A DNA stretch of 45,355 bases, taken from the IMG/VR virus record IMGVR_UViG_3300028888_000058, positions 103,060 to 148,414 of that record. One strand, 5' to 3'. The position numbers and the translations under genes were made by a program. Source of the stretch: a virus. Its lineage: Duplodnaviria; Heunggongvirae; Uroviricota; Caudoviricetes. The notes under the pieces were generated by a model that saw nothing but the letters and a program-made list of their open reading frames with translations, did not search any database and was not told where the DNA came from. Of this stretch, positions 1 to 9,477 are shown piece by piece; within the stretch, counting starts at the first letter, position 1, and every line of letters begins with the position of its first letter.

Positions 1-1
1 T

Positions 2-649
2 TTGGTTTATGCTATGAATACTTATGGCAAAAAGAATAAGAAATCTACTGCAACTGATGAGGCTGTAGTATCTTATACTTTTGGACAGTATGCAGCATAT
101 TGTATGCGTAATCAAATTATTGGTAATGGTGTTAATGATTCACATCTTGTAAGAATTCCTGCTTCACAACAGAAAAAGGAACGTGATCAAAAGGGTCATA
201 ATACAAAGAACATATCAGTATCTGGTGATAAGGCTGTAGGACATGATGATGAAGGCGGAAAAACAATGTTTGATTTCATTGGATCAACATCAGATGCAGG
301 AAAGAAATTAGATAGTGAAGATCTTGAGAAACTTTGGAATCGTATTTGGAAAGTTCTTGAGGATGAATTTGATTCAAAGATTCTTGATGTTTGGTATTCA
401 TTCTATGGTCTTCGTGGTCACAAGAAAATGAAGAATAAGGAAATTGCTGAAAAATATAATGTAGCAAATTCAAATATTACATATTACTGCTTTAAGATTA
501 ATAGTTTCATTAAGAAGAATAAGAAGATACTTAGCTTATTCTCAGATGCATATGAACTTATGAAAGAATGCCTTAATGAAGCAGACAGGGAATCTAATGA
601 TATTCAAGCAGTTAAGCACCAAGAAAAAATAGAATTAGAAGAAGTATGA
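2..649 (+). CDS. sigma70-family RNA polymerase sigma factor (5'-truncated by window edge)
   Basis: Region 2.3/2.4-like FGQYAAYCMRNQII, then VRIP, an SLD-like segment (SVSGDKAVG...TMFDFI) and a region-4 HTH (FYGLRGHKKMKNKEIAEKYNV). Same short layout as 12131..13348. Confidence 0.7.
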   Translation: MVYAMNTYGKKNKKSTATDEAVVSYTFGQYAAYCMRNQIIGNGVNDSHLVRIPASQQKKERDQKGHNTKNISVSGDKAVGHDDEGGKTMFDFIGSTSDAGKKLDSEDLEKLWNRIWKVLEDEFDSKILDVWYSFYGLRGHKKMKNKEIAEKYNVANSNITYYCFKINSFIKKNKKILSLFSDAYELMKECLNEADRESNDIQAVKHQEKIELEEV

Positions 650-672
650 AAATATATATATGATGAAGAGTA

Positions 673-933
673 ATGAAAGATATTAATAATTTTATAACTG
701 AAATGAACTCTGAAGAACAAATTAAAAATACTATTTGGTCTACAGATTGTAAAGGAATTAAAGATCCAGATATATTTATCATAAATATTGAAGATAAAAT
801 AATTGAATTTGCAACTATTGAAGAAATTAAAAAAGATAAAGATTTCTTTGGAGAAGCAACAGAAAAAGTTTTAAAATTAAAACCAATGGAAAGTTTTGAG
901 GATTCTGTAAATATATATGTAAAATTAAAATAA
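673..933 (+). CDS. tagged hypothetical protein (putative internal head protein)
   Basis: 86 aa; N-term MKDINNFITE; first gene of tagged cluster 1. Confidence 0.75.
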   Translation: MKDINNFITEMNSEEQIKNTIWSTDCKGIKDPDIFIINIEDKIIEFATIEEIKKDKDFFGEATEKVLKLKPMESFEDSVNIYVKLK

Positions 934-935
934 TT

Positions 936-1313
936 ATGAAAGATATTAAAGAATTCATAATGGAATCTAATGCAAATCATGTTATATTCAATGCTTGCAT
1001 GGAATTAGATAATAATGAAAATATTTATAAACAATATTGGGCATTAGCACAGAATCTTGTAAAGAAACATAAATCAGGTGATTTTAAAATTGAAACACTT
1101 GAGAAATCATCAGTTGTATCTAAATTGGCAACTGCAACATTAAAGGCTGCTAAATCTGGAAATTTATCTACTGATGATAGAAAACGTCTTTATAAGTTTA
1201 TTATTGGTAATCTTCTTAAGACAATAAGTAATGAAGGTGAAGACTTGACAAAAGAAGAAGAGGATTATATGATTGAATGGGACTATAATAATTCTGATAA
1301 ATGTGGTTGGTAA
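936..1313 (+). CDS. tagged hypothetical protein
   Basis: 125 aa; N-term MKDIKEFIME. Confidence 0.8.
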   Translation: MKDIKEFIMESNANHVIFNACMELDNNENIYKQYWALAQNLVKKHKSGDFKIETLEKSSVVSKLATATLKAAKSGNLSTDDRKRLYKFIIGNLLKTISNEGEDLTKEEEDYMIEWDYNNSDKCGW

Positions 1314-1334
1314 ATAAATATATTGATAATATAA

Positions 1335-1685
1335 ATGAAAAATATTACAAACTTCATTAATGAAAGTAAAGATTGTCACAATAAATGGGCATCTCTTGTA
1401 AAAAAATTATCTGATGAAGATAAAGAATGGATTAAAAAATATGCCATAGATAAAGATAATAATACAAATTACACAATGGAAGAAATTGAACAACGTTTGT
1501 GGAAAGGTGATTTGAAAGATCAATGGGATACAATGAATAATTATCTTATAGATCATATTCTTACAAGAGATAATGGAATAACACAAAGAGATGTTATCAA
1601 TACATACAGTTTAGCTACAATCGGAAAACAATCAATGATTGAAGTTTTAGCACAAACAATATATATGATTAATCGTAAACTATGA
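1335..1685 (+). CDS. tagged hypothetical protein
   Basis: 116 aa; N-term MKNITNFINE. Confidence 0.8.
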   Translation: MKNITNFINESKDCHNKWASLVKKLSDEDKEWIKKYAIDKDNNTNYTMEEIEQRLWKGDLKDQWDTMNNYLIDHILTRDNGITQRDVINTYSLATIGKQSMIEVLAQTIYMINRKL

Positions 1686-1897
1686 AAGATATTATTGAAT
1701 CTTTAAAACAAACTGATTATTCAGAATGCCATGATGTTAAATGCATTAAAGAACTTACAATAGAACGCAAGACAGGAACTAAGACATTTAAAGTTGATAC
1801 AGAATATAAAGCATCAAAAATTAATGATAATTGGTGGCTTATAGATCAAATAGGTATATCTTCTAAAGAATTCAAAAAATATTTTAAAGATATTTAA
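1682..1897 (+). CDS. hypothetical protein with shortened tag variant
   Basis: 71 aa; MKDIIE (Glu at 6); ATGA overlap with the upstream gene. Confidence 0.65.
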   Translation: MKDIIESLKQTDYSECHDVKCIKELTIERKTGTKTFKVDTEYKASKINDNWWLIDQIGISSKEFKKYFKDI

Positions 1898-2274
1898 TGA
1901 AAAATATTAATAATTTCATATCTGAAAAATTAATTATAAATAAAAATATTAAAATGAGCAGTACTGGTGAAGATTATTGGTCATGTAAAGATATTTCTAA
2001 ATCTGATATGATTAAGTTCACAAAGAAAGCATTGAAAGAATCTAAAGTAAAACCAGAAAGAATTTTAGATGAATTATCAGGATATGAAGATATTGATGAT
2101 TTACAACAAGCATATGAAAATGAAGAATTACCTTCTTATTTAACATTTGAACAAAAATTTTTAGATATGATTGCTAATGATGATAAATATAAGTGTAAAG
2201 AAGTAAACATAGCTCAAGCTTTATGGATTCACGCATATGATATTATAAACGAAATTATAAATAAAGGTGAATAA
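1897..2274 (+). CDS. double-tagged hypothetical protein
   Basis: 125 aa; MKNINNFISE-KLIINKNIK; TAATG overlap. Confidence 0.8.
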   Translation: MKNINNFISEKLIINKNIKMSSTGEDYWSCKDISKSDMIKFTKKALKESKVKPERILDELSGYEDIDDLQQAYENEELPSYLTFEQKFLDMIANDDKYKCKEVNIAQALWIHAYDIINEIINKGE

Positions 2275-2280
2275 TTAAAT

Positions 2281-2649
2281 ATGAAATCAATAGTTGATTC
2301 GATTAATGAAAAACTAATCATCAATAAGAACACTAAAATATCATCTAAAAGAGATTATATAGAGCCAGAAGATATAGAAGATATGGAAACTCCAGGTAAA
2401 GATTACTTTGGAGATGATGTTGTTATTGTAGGAAAACCATTTACAACAAAACCAAAAGATCAAAATTATTTAGAAACACTTAGATATATACGAAAATCAA
2501 AATATGTAGTATATAACGATTTAGCAGATATAGATAATTTAAATGATTATGATGATGATACATATTTCGTATATGCCGCTCATAAAGGTGATAAAGAATT
2601 AAACTGTTATACATACGGCCCTGAAGGTGTTTACGGGGTAGATGAATAA
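2281..2649 (+). CDS. double-tagged hypothetical protein, paralog of 2676..3035
   Basis: MKSIVDSINE-KLIINKNTK; shares YIEPE..ETPGKD..G....I.GKPF and the C-terminal YG...VY..D with the next gene. Confidence 0.8.
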   Translation: MKSIVDSINEKLIINKNTKISSKRDYIEPEDIEDMETPGKDYFGDDVVIVGKPFTTKPKDQNYLETLRYIRKSKYVVYNDLADIDNLNDYDDDTYFVYAAHKGDKELNCYTYGPEGVYGVDE

Positions 2650-2675
2650 TCAAATATAAATAATAGTTATATAAA

Positions 2676-3035
2676 ATGAAAGATATAAATAATTTCATAT
2701 TTGAAAAACTTATTATAAATAAAAATACTAAGTTTAAGAAAAATTATATAGAACCTGAAAATATCAAAGGACCAGAAACTCCAGGTAAAGATTCTAATGG
2801 TGAAGATATAACTATTATAGGTAAACCATTTAAATCTATAAAAGATAAAAGTTATACAGAAAACATTAGGATAATTAAAGATAAAGGTGATATCATTAAA
2901 AAAGATTTATATGAATTTGATGAAGACGAGCTTGGAGATTTTGAATGGTTTGTATATATAAAACGTAAAACATCTGGGCATACTGTTTTTTGCTGTGGAT
3001 ATGGATTAAACAGTGTTTATGCTATAGATAAATAA
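2676..3035 (+). CDS. double-tagged hypothetical protein, paralog of 2281..2649
   Basis: MKDINNFIFE-KLIINKNTK; same core motifs. Confidence 0.8.
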   Translation: MKDINNFIFEKLIINKNTKFKKNYIEPENIKGPETPGKDSNGEDITIIGKPFKSIKDKSYTENIRIIKDKGDIIKKDLYEFDEDELGDFEWFVYIKRKTSGHTVFCCGYGLNSVYAIDK

Positions 3036-3064
3036 GTGATTACAATTAAATATAAGATAATATA

Positions 3065-3604
3065 ATGAAAGATATTAGAAATTATATATTAGAACATAAT
3101 ATAGTTGAAGCTGTTGAAGCTTATAGATTAAATGAAGTTGAAGCTACATATTTAGTTCAACCTGAAGAAATTATACTTCAAGCACCAGAAACATATCAAG
3201 AATCTGATATTCAACAATATATGGATGATATGTGGCTTAATTCTTTACCATCAGGACAAGATTATTCAGAACAATTCTTTGGAAAAAATAATGACAGTAT
3301 ATCAGATGTACATTTTGAATATGATACATTTGAGCATATTGATATAGAACCAAAAGAATTCATCGAATGGGATTCAAAATTTGATCTTAAGAAAACTAAT
3401 GATGATGTTAAATTAGATTACTTTAAAATTAAAAATCTTAAGTATATAATTAATTTTGATAGATTTGATATGGTTGATGTAACTGATGATAATGTTGAGG
3501 AAAAACTTAAAGATATATTCCGTGCAGCAGAATCTAATGATGCAAATAAAGATTATCCTATTGAAATAAAATTTGATGAAGACTCATTAGAGTATAGAAA
3601 ATAA
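3065..3604 (+). CDS. tagged acidic hypothetical protein
   Basis: 179 aa; MKDIRNYILE; very D/E-rich. Confidence 0.8.
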   Translation: MKDIRNYILEHNIVEAVEAYRLNEVEATYLVQPEEIILQAPETYQESDIQQYMDDMWLNSLPSGQDYSEQFFGKNNDSISDVHFEYDTFEHIDIEPKEFIEWDSKFDLKKTNDDVKLDYFKIKNLKYIINFDRFDMVDVTDDNVEEKLKDIFRAAESNDANKDYPIEIKFDEDSLEYRK

Positions 3605-3605
3605 T

Positions 3606-4553
3606 ATGAAAGATTTAAATAATTACATATTAGAAAATACTAATAAATTATATGAAAATGAATTATTAGAAAGATTATGCAATCATATTTCTATAATAGT
3701 ATATACAAAATATGGTAGTGGTATAATCCCAAATATTCAATTAAAAGAATCATTAGGAAATTTTAAAAATGCTCATAAAGTATTAAATCATATAATTACT
3801 GAACTTAAATCTAATTTTAATTCACAAGAAATTAATTGTGATAATTATGATGTATTTTTTAAGAAAATTAAAATAGATATAATAAATAAAGATTTAATTA
3901 ATGCAAGTTATTTAAATATTGATAATGATGTTTTAGAAATTGAAATATTATGTTTAGATAAAGAAACATTTATTGATTATATTGATGATTATATAGAATT
4001 AATATTGCATGAAATGTTACATGGATATGAAGATTATTGTAGAAAATCATCAAATAAAAAAGGCATATTTGATCTTTGGAATATAAATTATAAAAAATCT
4101 TATATTAATATAAATAATATTAATGATATTAAAAGATATTTAAGTAGATGTAAATATTTCTTTAATTCACAAGAACGTAATGCATATTTTTCATCTTTAG
4201 AATTATGTATTAAAGATATTATAAAAAAATATCATATTAGTGCAGATAATTTAGATTACGAAAAATTTAAAAGAGCAATTAAAGATCATCATATTTGGAA
4301 AATATATTTTGATTTAGGAACATTTATTATAGGATTAGAAAATATAAATAATGATAATAAAAAATATATAGAAAAACAATATAATTCATTATTTGAAAGT
4401 AATAAATCATTTAATGAAATAAAAAAAGAATTAAATATATCATGGAAAAAATTTGATAAAAAATTTAATCAATTAGTTCCAAAGATTCTTTGTAATAATA
4501 TTCAAATTAAAGAATTTAAAAATTATTCATTTAATATTGATAAATTAATTTAA
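3606..4553 (+). CDS. tagged protein with HExxH zinc-metallopeptidase-like motif
   Basis: 315 aa; MKDLNNYILE; LILHEMLHGYE with a downstream QERNAY glutamate; function inferred from motif only. Confidence 0.55.
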   Translation: MKDLNNYILENTNKLYENELLERLCNHISIIVYTKYGSGIIPNIQLKESLGNFKNAHKVLNHIITELKSNFNSQEINCDNYDVFFKKIKIDIINKDLINASYLNIDNDVLEIEILCLDKETFIDYIDDYIELILHEMLHGYEDYCRKSSNKKGIFDLWNINYKKSYININNINDIKRYLSRCKYFFNSQERNAYFSSLELCIKDIIKKYHISADNLDYEKFKRAIKDHHIWKIYFDLGTFIIGLENINNDNKKYIEKQYNSLFESNKSFNEIKKELNISWKKFDKKFNQLVPKILCNNIQIKEFKNYSFNIDKLI

Positions 4554-4579
4554 ATAAAAAAATATATATTTTAATAATT

Positions 4580-4939
4580 ATGAAAGACATTAAGCAATTT
4601 ATCTTAGAAGGTAAGAAACATGTAGATACTGCAACATTAGCAGATTTTTATCAATGGTATTGTGGATGCGAAGCTCCAGATGGTAAAGCAGATAAATCAA
4701 TAATTAATCAAGAAGACTGTGAAGGACTTTTAGATAATGGTTGGTTTGATAATTTTGATGATTCAGATCCAGAAAAAGGATGTAAAGAAATTGCAGAATT
4801 CTTTAAAAAGAACTGGGATAAACAAATTAAAGTAACATCAACAGATATTGGTAATTGCTGGTCAATATCATTCAAATTAGATGGTAAAGAATTTGAATGT
4901 GATGCTCTTAATTACTTTGGTGGAGAAATTGAATATTAA
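4580..4939 (+). CDS. tagged hypothetical protein
   Basis: 119 aa; MKDIKQFILE. Confidence 0.8.
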   Translation: MKDIKQFILEGKKHVDTATLADFYQWYCGCEAPDGKADKSIINQEDCEGLLDNGWFDNFDDSDPEKGCKEIAEFFKKNWDKQIKVTSTDIGNCWSISFKLDGKEFECDALNYFGGEIEY

Positions 4940-4944
4940 TAATT

Positions 4945-5229
4945 ATGAAAGACATTAAAGAAAAACTATTAGAAACCCAGATTAATGAAGATAAATTTGC
5001 ATATTCATGGCAAAATGCTTTCATACATGCTATTATATCATTAAATGAAGTTGATGGAGAAGTACCATGCAGAGAAATAGTCAATAAGTGGTTTGATGAT
5101 GAACAATCACTTCATGAACTATATACATTTCTATATCGTATAGATTGTAAGCCTGAAAAGAAAGATGTAAAATCAATAGTTGAAGCAATTGTAGATAAAG
5201 CATCTAAATTAAAAACATATAAAATATAA
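4945..5229 (+). CDS. tagged hypothetical protein
   Basis: 94 aa; MKDIKEKLLE-TQINE. Confidence 0.75.
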   Translation: MKDIKEKLLETQINEDKFAYSWQNAFIHAIISLNEVDGEVPCREIVNKWFDDEQSLHELYTFLYRIDCKPEKKDVKSIVEAIVDKASKLKTYKI

Positions 5230-5245
5230 AAAATTATATATTTAG

Positions 5246-6160
5246 ATGAAATCTATAAATAATTACATAGATAATATAAACTTATCTAGTTTCTTATTTG
5301 AATCTCGTGAAGTTTCAACCGCTTCTAATAAGCAACGTCGTAAGGAGCTTGAGAAGTGGTTGAAACATAAGAAGTATGATGATTATGTAGAAACTTTAAA
5401 TAAGATGCTTGAAGATCCAAAATCAGCTGCATTATTAGAAGATGGTTTTGGAGGTGAACTTGGAGATACAAAATTAACATTTTCAGTTAAAGAAATTCCA
5501 GTATCTCAATTAATGCCAACACAAGCAAACATAGATTTAGATAAGTCTTTAAAATATGCATTGACTGATAAAGAATCAATGTTAAAGACTTTTAATGATC
5601 CTATAGAAATCAATAAGCCTATTGTTACGTTTAGAGAGAATTACGTTATAGACGGTCATCATACATGGTTACAAGCTATAGCATTAAATCCAAAAGGAAA
5701 GATATTATCATTTAATTATGATGGTGATATTTCTCCAATTCAGATGCTTAAGGCAGTACAAGGAACTATAGCAGCAGTTAAAGCTGATAAGAATAATAAT
5801 AATGGTAAACTTCCATCAAATAATGTAAAGGGTCCTAATTTCTTTGATGAATCATTTGACAAAAAGAAAATTAAGAAATATATAGAAGATAATCTTGATG
5901 AAGACTTAATAGATCAATATGTAGAAAAAATAAAAGAATGCTATGACTATGATACTACTGTTGATTATATAGTTGAACGTCTATTAGATATTAAGTCAAA
6001 TAATTATCCATTTGATACTGCACCAGATAGAAAGAATATGCCACAAGTATTCAAAGGTGGTACAGATAAAGATGATAAAAGTTCTGCATTGCCTGATAAA
6101 GAAGGTTCTGCAATGAATAAACTTAAAGATGACAAATTTATGAAATCTGTTACAAAATAA
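5246..6160 (+). CDS. ParB/Srx N-terminal-like domain protein with extended tag
   Basis: IPVSQLMPTQ...PIVTFRENYVIDGHHTW matches the ParB/sulfiredoxin PTQ...IDGHH signature; N-term MKSINNYIDNINLSSFLFE. Confidence 0.65.
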   Translation: MKSINNYIDNINLSSFLFESREVSTASNKQRRKELEKWLKHKKYDDYVETLNKMLEDPKSAALLEDGFGGELGDTKLTFSVKEIPVSQLMPTQANIDLDKSLKYALTDKESMLKTFNDPIEINKPIVTFRENYVIDGHHTWLQAIALNPKGKILSFNYDGDISPIQMLKAVQGTIAAVKADKNNNNGKLPSNNVKGPNFFDESFDKKKIKKYIEDNLDEDLIDQYVEKIKECYDYDTTVDYIVERLLDIKSNNYPFDTAPDRKNMPQVFKGGTDKDDKSSALPDKEGSAMNKLKDDKFMKSVTK

Positions 6161-6176
6161 ATTAATAAATAGCAAA

Positions 6177-6395
6177 ATGAAAGACATTATAAGTAAAATA
6201 AATGAAAACAAAGGATATACAGAATATTCTTTAAAAGAAATATTTGATACTTATTTTAATAAACCAAATGTTTCAGATGGTAATGAAAATATCTTATATG
6301 ATTTAATAATGTATGTAGCATCAAAAAAACCTACCAGTGCAACTAAAGTAGTTATTGATCAAGCAATTGAAATAGTTGATAAAATGGGTTGGTAA
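6177..6395 (+). CDS. tagged hypothetical protein
   Basis: 72 aa; MKDIISKINE. Confidence 0.75.
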   Translation: MKDIISKINENKGYTEYSLKEIFDTYFNKPNVSDGNENILYDLIMYVASKKPTSATKVVIDQAIEIVDKMGW

Positions 6396-6524
6396 ATATT
6401 TAAAATTATATAAAAGAATATAATATTATTAAAGAATGCGTTGAATGTGGTGTTTATAGGTATGCTATCAAACGTCAATTATTAAAAATAGAAGATTATA
6501 TATCAAACATATATAAAATAAATA

Positions 6525-6827
6525 ATGAAAGATATAGTAAATTTTATTAATGAAGCAATAGATAAAGTTTTAAGTGGATTCTGTATTATAGATATGTCAG
6601 ATGAATCATTAGTATCAAATTGGGGCACTGGTGATCTTGTGAAATGCATACATGAAATTCAAAAACTTAAGAAAGAAAACCAAGATAAAGAATATTGGAT
6701 AGTTGCTCAATATAATGAAATATATGATTTAGAAGATACTGGCAATTATAGAGTCTTATCTTCAAGAGAATATAATGAAAATGAAACAGATTTTGGCATT
6801 AATCCAAAATTCAAAGAATACTTATAA
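6525..6827 (+). CDS. tagged hypothetical protein
   Basis: 100 aa; MKDIVNFINE; last gene of cluster 1. Confidence 0.8.
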   Translation: MKDIVNFINEAIDKVLSGFCIIDMSDESLVSNWGTGDLVKCIHEIQKLKKENQDKEYWIVAQYNEIYDLEDTGNYRVLSSREYNENETDFGINPKFKEYL

Positions 6828-6850
6828 TTAATTTACAATTTTAATAATAT

Positions 6851-6891
6851 TAGACAATATTTAGAACTTTTTCTAAGTATTGTCTATTTTT
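6851..6891 (+). terminator. intrinsic terminator closing tagged cluster 1
   Basis: TAGACAATA-TTTAGAA-CTTT-TTCTAAG-TATTGTCTA hairpin followed by TTTTT. Confidence 0.65.
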
Positions 6892-6918
6892 GATATAAAT
6901 ATATAGACTTAAATTTAA

Positions 6919-7362
6919 ATGGATAATAATCAATGGCATCAGGCAAAAGTTCCGTTCTTTTTAGAAGTTGAATATTATGATGAATATAATCCTGATACTG
7001 AAAGTAAAATAATGAAATCTTTATTAAGAAATGAAGATATTCTTCCAGGATTACGGGTTAATAAAATGTTTGCTAATTGTATCGATAAAGATGTATTAAT
7101 AGCAGATGAACTTCAAAATGATTTAAAACATTTACAAGAAGAATTTGAAAAGTTTAAGAATAAGTATGCTAATTTTGCTGATGATAGAACAAAAGACAAT
7201 TGCATGAATAAATTAGGTATGGAACCTAAAGATTTTTCAGATATGGAAAAATATCATGCAGCAGAAATTAAGAAAGCAACAGAAAATAATAAAACACCAA
7301 TTATAGATAGTAATATAGGAAGATATAAATCATATGACGACCCATCAAATTTTCCGCAATGA
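6919..7362 (+). CDS. hypothetical protein
   Basis: 147 aa ORF at the start of an operon; no recognised motif. Confidence 0.7.
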   Translation: MDNNQWHQAKVPFFLEVEYYDEYNPDTESKIMKSLLRNEDILPGLRVNKMFANCIDKDVLIADELQNDLKHLQEEFEKFKNKYANFADDRTKDNCMNKLGMEPKDFSDMEKYHAAEIKKATENNKTPIIDSNIGRYKSYDDPSNFPQ

Positions 7363-7616
7363 TACCAGGATTTGTTTCAATATATATAGATAAAGAAAAT
7401 TATAAGCATTTATATTTTTATCCAGGAATAGATGAAAATAATGAATATATTTATCATAACATAGATTGGTCAGATTACTCATTTAAAATTGATGAAACCC
7501 GTAATGAAGATGGATCAATAGATTATAAGTTTTATGATAAATCAATTGTTCGTATAACTTGTAAATTAATAGATAATAAAGATAAACAACGCATAGAAGT
7601 TCTTAATTTTAAATAG
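7359..7616 (+). CDS. hypothetical protein
   Basis: 85 aa; ATGA overlap; ends TAG followed by TAA. Confidence 0.65.
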   Translation: MIPGFVSIYIDKENYKHLYFYPGIDENNEYIYHNIDWSDYSFKIDETRNEDGSIDYKFYDKSIVRITCKLIDNKDKQRIEVLNFK

Positions 7617-7624
7617 TAAAACTT

Positions 7625-7876
7625 ATGAAAGGTAATTGTATAGATAAGTTTATTGAAAAACGATTAAATAAAAGATTAATTGAGTTATTAAAAGTTCGTC
7701 TTAATATTAGACATCGTAAAATAATACGTGAAGAAACAAATGATTACTTTAATACAGGATGTTACGAACAAGATTTTTCGGATATTATAAAATTAAGAAA
7801 TATTGCAAAAGAACTTGAATTAAATTGTAATAAGTTTTTAGAACGTATATCAGAGCAGTATAGTAAATTAAATTGA
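7625..7876 (+). CDS. hypothetical protein
   Basis: 83 aa, tightly packed. Confidence 0.65.
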   Translation: MKGNCIDKFIEKRLNKRLIELLKVRLNIRHRKIIREETNDYFNTGCYEQDFSDIIKLRNIAKELELNCNKFLERISEQYSKLN

Positions 7877-7891
7877 TATGGTAAACAATAT

Positions 7892-8200
7892 ATGAAATAT
7901 AAAATAATCAAAAAGCATTCAAAGACATTAAAAGTTACACACCCAGGTAAATTTCCAGATAGTGAAAAATATATACCTGAAAAAACTTCAATTGAAAGAA
8001 GCGAATGGTATGAAGTAAAACGTAAAGGTCGTATATTTGGATTTTGGCATAAGGTAGGACATGAATGTGGTTATGAAGGAGAAAGAATCCAACATACAAC
8101 TCATACTTTAGATGAAATGAAAAATTACATCAAAGATTGGCATGAAGTTCATTATGGAGATAAATGTAAATGTGAAATAATCGAAAAATTTAAATTATGA
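7892..8200 (+). CDS. hypothetical protein
   Basis: 102 aa. Confidence 0.7.
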   Translation: MKYKIIKKHSKTLKVTHPGKFPDSEKYIPEKTSIERSEWYEVKRKGRIFGFWHKVGHECGYEGERIQHTTHTLDEMKNYIKDWHEVHYGDKCKCEIIEKFKL

Positions 8201-8595
8201 ACAAACGTAAGAATAGACAGGAACAAATAAGAAATGCTGCAGAATATACTTCAGCAAAAAATAAGGAGTCTTTTGAAGCTGGTGCAAAATGGGCAGATTT
8301 TAATCCTTATTGGAAAGAAGATATTCCAAAGAAAGAAAAGAATCAATACGGATTGCCTAAATTATATCTTTGTCAGATACTTACATTAGATATGACTTTT
8401 GGATATAGATATTCATATAGAGTAGGATTTATTAATTCAGAAGGAAAGTGGAATATTGAAAATACATTAACTCATGTAACAAGATATTTAGATATATTCT
8501 GTGATGAATCAGATTCACAATTAATTAAGAAGGATATTCCAATGTTTGAAGAGAAAGAAAATAAAGATGAAAAAGAACTTAAAGAAGCAGCATAA
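8197..8595 (+). CDS. hypothetical protein
   Basis: 132 aa; ATGA overlap. Confidence 0.7.
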   Translation: MNKRKNRQEQIRNAAEYTSAKNKESFEAGAKWADFNPYWKEDIPKKEKNQYGLPKLYLCQILTLDMTFGYRYSYRVGFINSEGKWNIENTLTHVTRYLDIFCDESDSQLIKKDIPMFEEKENKDEKELKEAA

Positions 8596-8597
8596 TT

Positions 8598-9038
8598 ATG
8601 GATTTTTGGTCAAACTTAAAGAAGGGAGATAACTTATATTTATTGATACCTATATATCCTATATGTGGTCAAGTATGTGAATATAAATATCAGGAAACAG
8701 AAGTTATCAATATGAAAGAATATAAGTTCATATATAGATTGACTTTTAAATATACTGATGAAAATGGAAAACGTATTAAAGTTAATCTTCCAATCAATAA
8801 GAATAAATGTAGTTTTTCATATTTGCCTGTATCAAAAGAAACAGAATGGGCTCGTGAATTGAGAATTAAATATGGAGATTTCATTATATCACCAATAGAT
8901 GATAAATTATATCTTTGCTCATTAGTTAATTTAATGATAGATAATAAAATTAATGAATATAAATCTATTATTGAAACTTATAAGAATGAAATATCTGATT
9001 TAGAAAACATTAGAAGAAATCATAAAATTTATGAGTAA
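8598..9038 (+). CDS. hypothetical protein (FxDLKxGD-start family)
   Basis: N-term FWSNLKKGDNLYL; beta-rich middle; C-terminal coiled-coil-like helix. Confidence 0.7.
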   Translation: MDFWSNLKKGDNLYLLIPIYPICGQVCEYKYQETEVINMKEYKFIYRLTFKYTDENGKRIKVNLPINKNKCSFSYLPVSKETEWARELRIKYGDFIISPIDDKLYLCSLVNLMIDNKINEYKSIIETYKNEISDLENIRRNHKIYE

Positions 9039-9477
9039 GTTTGCAAAAGACATTAAAGTAAATGATATACTTTGGACTATATCTGAAGGTGTTAAGCCAC
9101 AGTTGGTTCCATTGATTGTTACAAATATCAATATTAAGAAGCAACTTTGGACAGGATATTATGATTTGACAGTTAAGCTTCCTGATGGTTCAGATAAATA
9201 TATATCATTATTTGATACTGGGAAAAGACGTGATTATAATATTCCTTTGTTGACAGATTTATTGCCAACATTAAAATGTGATTGGAATGATAAAGATATA
9301 ATATCTATAATGTGTTGTTTTGATAAAGATGCACTTTGGAATAAATATGTAAAAGGATTAGAAGATAGTATTAAAAATGTAGAAGAAGTTATAGAAAAAG
9401 GAAAAAAGAACTTAATAGAACTTAATGAAAAATTAAACTATATCAAAATGCAACATGATAATATTCAAAACGGGTAA
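9031..9477 (+). CDS. hypothetical protein (FxDLKxGD-start family)
   Basis: N-term FAKDIKVNDILW; C-terminal heptad-like helix. Confidence 0.7.
   Translation: MSKFAKDIKVNDILWTISEGVKPQLVPLIVTNINIKKQLWTGYYDLTVKLPDGSDKYISLFDTGKRRDYNIPLLTDLLPTLKCDWNDKDIISIMCCFDKDALWNKYVKGLEDSIKNVEEVIEKGKKNLIELNEKLNYIKMQHDNIQNG

Noticed and set aside
6396-6524. Open frame with CxxC (KECVECG) in the intergenic gap
   Set aside because: No start codon after the upstream in-frame stop. At most a decayed relic, and it cannot be supported.
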